A stretch of DNA of 62,036 nucleotides from Candidatus Hermodarchaeota archaeon (GTDB lineage Archaea > Asgardarchaeota > Hermodarchaeia > Hermodarchaeales > Hermodarchaeaceae). Shown piece by piece: positions 19,152-26,840 of this stretch. Where the stretch lies: positions 1 through 62,036 of the forward strand of contig JAEOSX010000188.1 in assembly GCA_016840135.1 (NCBI GenBank), in the 5' to 3' direction. The position numbers and the translations under genes were made by a program. The notes under the pieces are model-generated. The model worked only from the letters and a program-made list of their open reading frames with translations. It did not search any database and had not been told where the DNA came from. Position 1 is the stretch's first letter; every line of letters begins with the position of its first letter.

Positions 19152-20036
19152 TCATAGCTGCTCAAGAAGACGTAATACTGAAAGACTCAGGAAAACTGCT
19201 TCAGTGGTACGAATAGTCTCCACTCCTTGATTGTGTACTGTATTTACTAGGAAATCTGTGAGGGTTTGTAACCGATGCCCTTCTCGCTGTAGGATTTCCC
19301 TTAACCCTTGGTTGTGACTTCCAAAAAGAACGAGAACACGTTTTGCTCTTTTCCAACGCGAATGTAATTTCTCCCATATCTCAGTAATTGGCGGCGCTCT
19401 TCGAGAGGTAGCTACGACAAGATCGTAAACACGATTCTTTTTGAGAAATTCGCTCAATGACTGTTGAATGTCTAGGACCTTATAACCCCAATAAACCTTA
19501 GGAGTTGGTGGTGCAGCAGGTTGAGCAGTAAGCACTCCGTTAATCATTCTCTTAATTTCTACTGTGACTCTGCAAGGCGTGTGTGATTGTGCTGGGTTAA
19601 GAAAGGGAAGGGGATGCTCAACGCCGACATCTACGACTAGTTTACCATCTTTATGGTAGGCATAGCCTTCACGGATTTCGCCGTCTCCGAGTTTCTGCGC
19701 GCGCCTTTCTGTTGGGTGGTGAGGAGTGCGAAGCGGGGGAAGCAATCCAACACGCCTTAACTCAGGGAGTTTACCGAAAAGGTGTCTCCGAAGATATTGA
19801 GGAGTATCTAGATACTCAAGAATACGTGTAATGAGCCGGCGTTGGGGCGCTTGATTCCTGCTAGAAAAATCAGGGAAAACAAGGATTTCACCAACTCGAT
19901 TGATAGCGGCTGCTCGGGCAATTCGACCAATCTGCTCAGTTTTCTGAGCTAGATTTGAATGCATATCACTAAAGGAGGCTGGAATAGCTATGGAGAGTTG
20001 GTTTGGGATTGTTTGAATTGGTGTTCTAGATGACAT
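19152..20036 (-). CDS. SPOUT-superfamily putative RNA methyltransferase (DUF171 / COG2106-like)
   Basis: N-terminal LSIAIPASFSD..., IGRIARAAAINRVGEILVFPD, and a C-terminal knot-like LVLFGSHNQGL. These are typical of the archaeal/eukaryotic DUF171 family. Confidence 0.65.
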   Translation of the reverse strand: MSSRTPIQTIPNQLSIAIPASFSDMHSNLAQKTEQIGRIARAAAINRVGEILVFPDFSSRNQAPQRRLITRILEYLDTPQYLRRHLFGKLPELRRVGLLPPLRTPHHPTERRAQKLGDGEIREGYAYHKDGKLVVDVGVEHPLPFLNPAQSHTPCRVTVEIKRMINGVLTAQPAAPPTPKVYWGYKVLDIQQSLSEFLKKNRVYDLVVATSRRAPPITEIWEKLHSRWKRAKRVLVLFGSHNQGLREILQREGHRLQTLTDFLVNTVHNQGVETIRTTEAVFLSLSVLRLLEQL

Positions 20037-20051
20037 ATCTGAGGTTCAACC

Positions 20052-21500
20052 TCAGCCCTTTACAGTGCCCATGGGAGTCTGGCGTGTGACTTTCAGAGAG
20101 ATTCCAGCTCCGTGAACGGCTTCGATTACCATGTGGACGTCCTTATATGCTTTTGGCGCTTCTTCAGCAAGTAGTTTGGCGCTATGAGATTTAATCACTT
20201 TACCAGATTTCTCAAGTGATTGTTGTATTTCCCTACCATGGAACTGCCTTGTTGCTCTCCTTCGACCCATAGCACGACCCGCGCCGTGGCACGTAGAACC
20301 GTACGATTCTTTCATTGCCTTTTCCGTGCCCACTAGCACATAAGAGGCCGTGCCCATCGAACCGCCGATTAACACAGGCTGTCCAACTGGTTGGTACTGA
20401 GAGGGAATGAGTGGGTTGTCTGGGCCAAAAGCCCGAGTAGCGCCTTTACGATGTATATAGAGTTGCCGTTTTGAGCCATTCAGTTCATGGGTTTCAAGCT
20501 TGCAAATGTTGTGGCAAACATCGTAAACAAGATGAAGATCCTGTTTTTCCCAGTCTTTCCCAAAGACAGTTTCAAAGCCTTCCCGAATCCAGTGTGTCAT
20601 AACCTGCCGGTTACAGAAGGCAAAATTTACAGCTGACTTCATCGCAGAATAGTAGGCTTGCCCCTCCGGTGAAGTGGACGGAGCACATACAAGTTGTCTG
20701 TCCGGCAACCAAATCTTATACTTCCGTGCAGCCACTTCCATACTCTTAAGATAATCAGTCGCGACTTGGTGACCGAAACCGCGAGAGCCACAATGCAGCA
20801 TCACAACAACTTTCCCTTTCTCTAAACCAAAACGGGTGGCAGCATCTTCACTAAATATCTCATCAACCACCTGGACCTCAAGATAGTGATTACCTGCACC
20901 AAGAGTCCCAAGCTGGGGTCGTCCACGTTCACGTGCTCTCTGCGAAAGTTCTGGTAAACCTGTTGCAGCACCCTCCATACTGCCTTTCTCTTCACAGTGC
21001 TCCAGATCCGCCTCAACCCCGTGACCACTCTCGACTGCCCATCGAGCACCAAGTTTTAGAACGCCATCCAGCTCGGAATTACTTAAGCGAATCTTACCCT
21101 TGGATCCGACGCCAGCCGGCACCCGCCTAAATAATTCCTCCATAAGCTGACGAAGTTTGGGTTTGACTTCACTCTGAGTTAGATTAGTACGTATTAACCG
21201 AACACCACAGTTGATGTCGAACCCAGTCATTCCTGCTGATATCACACCCTCCTCAGCATCAAAAGCTCCTACAGCCCCCATTGGAAGTCCATATCCCCAG
21301 TGGAAGTCTGGCATCGCTAGGACGGGTTCGATTACGCCCGGAAGGCAGGCGACGTTGGTTAGTTGTTCTACTGCGTTGTCTTCTGCTTGTTGGATGACTT
21401 GACGGGACCCGATGATCATTGCACCTACTCTCATCTTAGAGCGGGCTGTTTTGTCAAGCCAGAAATGGAACTCGTCTAGCTGTTTTAGTTTCTCCTTCAT
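20052..21500 (-). CDS. rtcB: RNA-splicing ligase RtcB
   Basis: AMPDFHWGYGLPMGAV, GFDINCGVR, GAGNHYLE, HCGSRGFGHQ and HGAGR motifs. No intein. Confidence 0.95.
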   Translation of the reverse strand: MKEKLKQLDEFHFWLDKTARSKMRVGAMIIGSRQVIQQAEDNAVEQLTNVACLPGVIEPVLAMPDFHWGYGLPMGAVGAFDAEEGVISAGMTGFDINCGVRLIRTNLTQSEVKPKLRQLMEELFRRVPAGVGSKGKIRLSNSELDGVLKLGARWAVESGHGVEADLEHCEEKGSMEGAATGLPELSQRARERGRPQLGTLGAGNHYLEVQVVDEIFSEDAATRFGLEKGKVVVMLHCGSRGFGHQVATDYLKSMEVAARKYKIWLPDRQLVCAPSTSPEGQAYYSAMKSAVNFAFCNRQVMTHWIREGFETVFGKDWEKQDLHLVYDVCHNICKLETHELNGSKRQLYIHRKGATRAFGPDNPLIPSQYQPVGQPVLIGGSMGTASYVLVGTEKAMKESYGSTCHGAGRAMGRRRATRQFHGREIQQSLEKSGKVIKSHSAKLLAEEAPKAYKDVHMVIEAVHGAGISLKVTRQTPMGTVKG

Positions 21501-21525
21501 CTTCTATCACCTTCGCGATTATTCA

Positions 21526-21951
21526 TCAAACATCCACGACTACAGTAGCCACGTATCTGTTATCAATTTTTTCCAAGCTGAATCGGTGAAAGGTAACTGC
21601 TTTAACGTGAGTTCGCCGCTCTTGGGGTTTAAGGCTTCCACTTGCTGACCCAGTTATATGCAAGTTTTCTTCTTCGTCACGGTCTATGGTTTTGACTTTG
21701 AAATCTGCAAAGAACACGTACTTTACCTCGAATTCAAATAATAGGTTTGATAGCCAGTCGAAGAGTAAAAGTTCTTCAGAGGTTCCCATCGCCTCCACAA
21801 TCACTTCTTCCTCTTTTTCCACACCCTCCAAGTCGAACATAATTCCAAACATAGCCATTGCTGCGTGTTCAAGGACCTCTGGCAAATCCTTACCATAAGC
21901 TCTAAACATTTGATCCGATGTAATGTCATCAAAATACTCATACCGCAACAT
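21526..21951 (-). CDS. archease (RtcB activator)
   Basis: MLRYEYFDDITSDQMFRAYGKDLPEVLEHAAMAMF...VKAVTFHRFSL has the archease pattern and size (142 aa from the ATG at 21951). The longer ORF-track start runs into the tRNA gene and is rejected. Confidence 0.85.
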   Translation of the reverse strand: MLRYEYFDDITSDQMFRAYGKDLPEVLEHAAMAMFGIMFDLEGVEKEEEVIVEAMGTSEELLLFDWLSNLLFEFEVKYVFFADFKVKTIDRDEEENLHITGSASGSLKPQERRTHVKAVTFHRFSLEKIDNRYVATVVVDV

Positions 21952-22049
21952 CGACACCCAATCCCAGCTAAATGACCGTGCTGTAGCAATTAATTCACAA
22001 TTACATACTTTAAGATTGATGATATAGCACAATGAACCTTTGGGTGGGG

Positions 22050-22169
22050 TGGCGCCGGGAGAGGGATTTGAACCCACGAGACTGCAAAGTCATGGGCTAG
22101 CAGGGGCAAAGGAGACGATTGACGCCTTCGCCACTCAAGGCCCACGCCGTACCGCTAGGCTATCCCGGC
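22050..22169 (-). tRNA. tRNA-Ser(UGA) with a 35-nt intron at the canonical 37/38 position; CCA encoded
   Basis: The reverse complement reads GCCGGGA-TA-GCCTAGCGGTACGGC-G-TGGGC-CTTGAG[intron 22133..22099]A-GCCCA-TGACTTTGCAGTCTC-GTGGGTTCAAATCCCTC-TCCCGGC-G-CCA. It shows a perfect 7-bp acceptor stem, a 5-bp anticodon stem, a long variable arm (GACT/AGTC), a TTCAAAT T-loop and discriminator G. One U.U mismatch lies in the T stem. Confidence 0.7.
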
Positions 22170-22414
22170 TCTTGCCTGTGAAATTGTGCCAATGTTGATT
22201 AATAATTGATGTTTAAAGCAATATTGGTTTTGAAATAGGAGGAGCTGATTGGAGTAATGCTTAACTCGATGATATATCTTGAAGCAGAACACGACTTGAT
22301 TTCTTGTCGAAAAGCTTAAATTATGTGGTCAGCTTCGAGGCGGTTGCTCGGCGACAACATACCATTTAACCAAGTTGTCGCTGCAACAATCAATCACTCT
22401 AGGTGTTGGTGTCA

Positions 22415-23416
22415 TTGGGTCATCGTAAGCAACACGCTCCGCGCCATGGAAGCCTCACACATCGCCCCCGCAAGCGTGCGAGCCGAATTACAGGGCGAGT
22501 TCGTACTTGGCCTAGTCAGTCGGGAGACCCCAAAATCATAGGTTTTGCAGGGTACAAAGTTGGGATGACCCATGTCATTGTCACAGATAATAGGACGACA
22601 AGTCCTTGGTATGGCCGGGAGATTAGTCGCCCAGTGACTATTATTGACACACCACCTATGCTAGTAGCAGCACTTCGTGGGTATCGACGAGTGGAGCAAG
22701 CACTTCAAGTGGCCGGGGAATGTTGGGCGGAAAAGATGCCAAAGGACTTCCAACGTGTACTTCAATGGCCAGACAAATATGATGCCAAGTCTGCGCTTGA
22801 AAAATTCACAAAGATTCAGGGGAAGCTTGATGAACTTAGAGTACTATTATTGACACAGCCCCGCCAAGCAGGTGTTAGCCGAAAGAAACCCGAACTAATC
22901 GAGTGTGCAGTGGTTGGAGGGGAAATCCCTCAGCGGATTGAGTATGCCAAGAAGCTCCTAGGCCAGGAAATCCGGGTTCGCGACTTCTTCTCACCTGGTA
23001 CTTACGTTGATGTTACAGCAATAACCAAGGGGAAGGGTTGGCAAGGAGTAGTGAAACGGTTCGGAGTATCGATACTTCCTCACAAGTCACGTAAACGCAT
23101 TCGTGCCGTTGGTACGCTAGGTCCTTGGACTCCTGCACGTATAATGTACACAACGCCCAGAGGGGGTCAGATGGGTTACCACCAGCGAACTGAATACAAT
23201 AAATTCATCTTCAAAATCGGTGAGAAAAGCGATGACATCACACCGTCTGGTGGCTTCCCTCATTATGGGCTTCTTAGTTCAGATTTCCTAATAATTGACG
23301 GGTCCATTCCGGGGCCTGCAAAACGTCTTATTCGTCTACGCGCCCCAATCCGTCCATCAGCAATCCCTGATAAGGCTCCAGATCTTTTATACATCAGCAC
23401 AAAACCTAAGAAATAG
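22415..23416 (+). CDS. rpl3: 50S ribosomal protein L3 (uL3)
   Basis: The TTG at 22415 gives MGHRKQHAPRHGSL..., the usual archaeal uL3 N-terminus. FAGYKVGMTHV and GKGWQGVVKR are also present. The ORF track starts at a GTG at 22403. Confidence 0.9.
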   Translation: MGHRKQHAPRHGSLTHRPRKRASRITGRVRTWPSQSGDPKIIGFAGYKVGMTHVIVTDNRTTSPWYGREISRPVTIIDTPPMLVAALRGYRRVEQALQVAGECWAEKMPKDFQRVLQWPDKYDAKSALEKFTKIQGKLDELRVLLLTQPRQAGVSRKKPELIECAVVGGEIPQRIEYAKKLLGQEIRVRDFFSPGTYVDVTAITKGKGWQGVVKRFGVSILPHKSRKRIRAVGTLGPWTPARIMYTTPRGGQMGYHQRTEYNKFIFKIGEKSDDITPSGGFPHYGLLSSDFLIIDGSIPGPAKRLIRLRAPIRPSAIPDKAPDLLYISTKPKK

Positions 23417-23436
23417 ATGAAGTGGAGGCAAGAGAA

Positions 23437-24225
23437 ATGGCAAGTGTGAAAGTTCTCTCGTTGGACGGTGAAGGTAAGGGAACCGTAAAACTCCCATCAA
23501 TATTTGATACACCTCTACGACGGGATGTTATCCGGCGTGCAGTTTTGGCACAACAATCTGCAGGATATCAGCGAAAGGGTGTTAATCCGAGAGCAGGTAA
23601 GAGAACCAGCGCTGAGAGTTGGGGAGTTGGACACGGAAAATCACGAATCCCACGCCGAAAAGGTGGAGGATACCAATCCGCTCAACATGCGGCATTCGCT
23701 CCGTCGACCGTTGGTGGGCGCCGCACTCATCCACCCGAATCTGCGAAAAACCCAGTAGAGAGAATCAATAAAAAAGAGCGCCGTTTTGCCATCCGCTCCG
23801 CTATCGCAGCCACCGCTCAGAAAGAAATTGTTACGGCCCGGGGACATATCTTCACAGCTGATGAGCTTCCTATCGTAGTTGTAGACAAGTTGCAAGAACT
23901 CCAAACCACGGCTGAGGTGAAGGTCGTCCTTGAGACTCTTGGTTTGTTTAAGGATATCCTCAGATCGAAAACAGGAGTTAAAATCAGAGGTGGTGCAGCT
24001 CGTAGGCGAGGTCGGAAGTACAGACGTCCAGTAGGACCTCTTATTGTAATCGCTGAAGATCGTGGCATCCGGAAGGCTGCAAGAAACCTTCCAGGTGTAA
24101 ACGTCGAATATGTAGCAAAGTTAAGTGCAGAACTGCTTGCTCCAGGCACACACCCAGGTCGGCTGACAGTATGGACGAAATCCGCAATTAAACAACTAGG
24201 AACAGGTCTCTTTGGAAGTGGATGA
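23437..24225 (+). CDS. rpl4: 50S ribosomal protein L4 (uL4)
   Basis: MASVKVLSLDGEGKG..., RAGKRTSAESWGVGHGKSRIPR. It immediately follows rpl3. Confidence 0.9.
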   Translation: MASVKVLSLDGEGKGTVKLPSIFDTPLRRDVIRRAVLAQQSAGYQRKGVNPRAGKRTSAESWGVGHGKSRIPRRKGGGYQSAQHAAFAPSTVGGRRTHPPESAKNPVERINKKERRFAIRSAIAATAQKEIVTARGHIFTADELPIVVVDKLQELQTTAEVKVVLETLGLFKDILRSKTGVKIRGGAARRRGRKYRRPVGPLIVIAEDRGIRKAARNLPGVNVEYVAKLSAELLAPGTHPGRLTVWTKSAIKQLGTGLFGSG

Positions 24226-24488
24226 AAATGGACCCATATCATGTAATAATTCAGATGATAATCACCGAGAGAGCGTCAGAGATTGTTGAACAAGAGAACC
24301 GGTTGACTTTCCTAGTTCGCCGAACCGCCACTAAGGGTCAAATTCGGCAAGCGATTGAAGAATTATATGAGGTCAAAGTAGTTAAAGTTAATACGATGAT
24401 TACACCGCAAGGTCAGAAGAAAGCTTTAGTAAAACTCTCTCCAGAACACAATGCGGCTGATTTAGCGGTTAAATTAGGACTCTTTTAA
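24222..24488 (+). CDS. rpl23: 50S ribosomal protein L23 (uL23)
   Basis: 88 aa, ...ITERASEIVEQENRLTFLV...KVVKVNTMI. The ATGA overlaps the rpl4 stop. Confidence 0.9.
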   Translation: MKMDPYHVIIQMIITERASEIVEQENRLTFLVRRTATKGQIRQAIEELYEVKVVKVNTMITPQGQKKALVKLSPEHNAADLAVKLGLF

Positions 24489-24503
24489 AAAAGGGGATAA
24501 GAA

Positions 24504-25235
24504 ATGGGTAAACGAATTTATGTCCAGCGTCGTGGTCGCGGGAGCCCTACTTTTAGGGCACTAACACATCGAAGACGAGGAGCAGTGAAGTATCCTCCCC
24601 TGATACTTATGAGTCGCAAGGGATTTCTCGCTGCAAAAGTGGAAGAGTTGCTTCACGAATCAGGGCGTGGCTGTCCAATCGCTCAACTACGGCTAGAAAG
24701 CGGCGAAACCTACCTTGCACTAGTACCAGAAGGCACAGCTGTTGGTCAACAAATCCGTATTGGTCCAAAAGCTGGTGTTCGAGCAGGCCATATCCTTCCT
24801 CTTGGTCAAATTCCTGAAGGTACTCCAATCTTCAATATCGAAGGACAGCCAGGCGATGGCGGAAAATTCGTCCGGGCTGGGGGGACCTATGCCACAATCC
24901 TAACTAGAGGTCATGGGAAAACCTTTGTTCGCCTTCCTTCAGGAAAGACCCGAGCATTTAGCTCCACTTGCCGGGCTAGCATAGGTGTAGTCTCTGGCGG
25001 TGGACGCCTAGAGAAACCCTTCGTCAAAGCAGGCAGTAAATACAAAATGAAGCGAGCGAAAGGCCACACATATCCGAAAGTACGAGGAGTAGCAATGAAC
25101 GCGTGCAGCCACCCACACGGCGGTGGTGCTAAGCAGCGTCCTGGTGGTCCGAGTTCGGTTTCACGTAACGCTCCGCCTGGTCGAAAGGTTGGGTTAATAG
25201 CTCCGAAGAGAACTGGACGGAAGAAGCGCGGTTAG
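24504..25235 (+). CDS. rpl2: 50S ribosomal protein L2 (uL2)
   Basis: MGKRIYVQRRGRGSPTFRA..., GTPIFNIE, VRGVAMNACSHPHGGG. Confidence 0.95.
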   Translation: MGKRIYVQRRGRGSPTFRALTHRRRGAVKYPPLILMSRKGFLAAKVEELLHESGRGCPIAQLRLESGETYLALVPEGTAVGQQIRIGPKAGVRAGHILPLGQIPEGTPIFNIEGQPGDGGKFVRAGGTYATILTRGHGKTFVRLPSGKTRAFSSTCRASIGVVSGGGRLEKPFVKAGSKYKMKRAKGHTYPKVRGVAMNACSHPHGGGAKQRPGGPSSVSRNAPPGRKVGLIAPKRTGRKKRG

Positions 25236-25289
25236 CCCTACTGGAATCCTCTAGTTGGTTCCACTCGCTCAATAATTTGAATAGGTTAG

Positions 25290-26837
25290 TCATGTTTGTT
25301 TAGTGGGTTTTGGTTTTAGCCGTTTTTGATGCATTCGCCAAGAGAGAGCCATTGTACGTGGGTGGGCTGCTCTCACTTCGTCTAAGCGAGTTATAGCTGT
25401 ATTTTGAGGGCTTTGGAGTACCATAGCAGGATTATCGTAAGCCTGTTCCGAGATTTCGTGCAGTGCTTCAATGAAACGATCCAATTCCTCCTTGCTGAAG
25501 GTTTCTGTTGGCTCAATCATGAGTGCTTCCTCGACAATCGCTGGGAAATAGAATGTTGGTGCGTGAAGCCCTCGATCTAGGAGTGCTTTCGCTACGTCAC
25601 GAGCACTGATACCTGTATCGTGTAGGAGGGGTTTCGCACTAATTACTACTTCATGCATCCGCCATGTATCGGGTGCAAAGGGGATCGAGTACCCTCTTAC
25701 ATCCTTCAAGCAATTCATGATATAATTTGCGTTAAGGACAGCGTGCTCGGCTGCAGCCTTCAAACCTGTTCTTCCCATTTGTAATATGTAGGCATAGGAT
25801 TTCAGTAAAACTGGTACATTTCCCAGAAATCCATGGACGCGTCCGATTGACTTTGGACGTTTCTCGTCGAGGTAATACTTATTTCCGTCATAGGAAACAA
25901 GTGGGATAGGCAAGAATGGTGATAACGATTCCTTGACCCCGATTGGTCCTGCACCGGGTCCACCACCGCCATGAGGTGTGGCGAAGGTCTTGTGGAGGTT
26001 TAAGTGTACAATATCAAATCCCATATCCCCTGGACGAACAAGTCCTAGGGTGGCATTAAGATTTGCTCCATCATAATAGAGGAGGCCTCCTGCTTCGTGT
26101 ATGATTGTAGCGATGGATTCGATTTCTTGTTCGAAGAGGCCAAGAGTATTGGGGTTGGTTAACATCAATCCAGCGGTCTTTTCTGAAACAGCGGACTGGA
26201 GTGCGTTCAAATCTACTTGACCATCTTTGTTTGAGGGGACAACAATAACGTCAAACCCTGCCATTGCGGCACTAGCTGGGTTAGTTCCGTGAGCCGAGTC
26301 TGGAACAATAATCTCTCGTCGTGTTGAGAATTCATCCCGTTCTGTATGATACGCCCTGATGATAAGGGCTCCCGCAAATTCACCGTGGGCGCCTGCTGCT
26401 GGTTGGAGAGAGATTTGCTCCATCCCCGTTATTTCTGCAAGCCACTGCTGTAACTCGTAGAGAATCTGTAGAATGCCTTGAATGTTCGAATCGCCTTGAC
26501 GCGGGTGCAACAGGGAGAAATACGGGTGCTGTACAACTCTCTCGTTTATTGGAGGGTTGTATTTCATTGTGCAGCTGCCTAGTGGGTAAAGTCCGAGATC
26601 CACACAGTAATTCATCTGGGAGAGGCGTACAAAGTGCTGTAAAACCTCTGGCTCAGAAAGCTCTGGGAGTTTTGGTGGGGTCTGCCGTCTCAGGCTCTGT
26701 GGTATAGACTCAATCGGTTTGGGTAAAGATGTCTTTACCTCCTTCTCGACTGCTGGCAAAGAATATGCTATTGCTCCTGGTGTTGAACGTTCGAATACTA
26801 GTGGTTCTTTCCAACGCGCTTGGCGGAACTCGGTCAT
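25290..26837 (-). CDS. gcvPB: glycine dehydrogenase (decarboxylating) subunit 2
   Basis: GSCTMKYNP, LQPAAGAHGEF, and the PLP-lysine context HLNLHKTFATPHGGGGPG. Confidence 0.9.
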   Translation of the reverse strand: MTEFRQARWKEPLVFERSTPGAIAYSLPAVEKEVKTSLPKPIESIPQSLRRQTPPKLPELSEPEVLQHFVRLSQMNYCVDLGLYPLGSCTMKYNPPINERVVQHPYFSLLHPRQGDSNIQGILQILYELQQWLAEITGMEQISLQPAAGAHGEFAGALIIRAYHTERDEFSTRREIIVPDSAHGTNPASAAMAGFDVIVVPSNKDGQVDLNALQSAVSEKTAGLMLTNPNTLGLFEQEIESIATIIHEAGGLLYYDGANLNATLGLVRPGDMGFDIVHLNLHKTFATPHGGGGPGAGPIGVKESLSPFLPIPLVSYDGNKYYLDEKRPKSIGRVHGFLGNVPVLLKSYAYILQMGRTGLKAAAEHAVLNANYIMNCLKDVRGYSIPFAPDTWRMHEVVISAKPLLHDTGISARDVAKALLDRGLHAPTFYFPAIVEEALMIEPTETFSKEELDRFIEALHEISEQAYDNPAMVLQSPQNTAITRLDEVRAAHPRTMALSWRMHQKRLKPKPTKQT

Positions 26838-26840
26838 TTG

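Noticed and set aside
20052-21500. Possible intein or recoding in RtcB, GlmS, PurL or other large genes.
   Set aside because: All are single uninterrupted ORFs of normal domain content apart from the PurS additions. I saw no intein splice motifs, in-frame stops or frameshift signatures.
21952-22077. N-terminal 42-aa extension of the archease ORF (ORF track 21526..22077).
   Set aside because: The extension (MGSNPSPGATPPKGS...) is the antisense-frame reading of the tRNA-Ser gene's 3' half. The internal ATG at 21951 gives a canonical 142-aa archease beginning MLRYEYFDD.
22323-22541. 72-aa ORF overlapping the rpl3 start region.
   Set aside because: It has no recognisable motif and overlaps the uL3 N-terminus in another frame. 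The region is better explained as the rpl3 promoter and leader with a hairpin.
23817-24242. 141-aa antisense ORF inside rpl4, together with the similar ORFs 23504..23758 and 23641..23904.
   Set aside because: These are Arg/Pro/Ser-rich translations typical of alternative frames of a highly expressed, basic ribosomal protein gene. uL4 on the plus strand is unambiguous.
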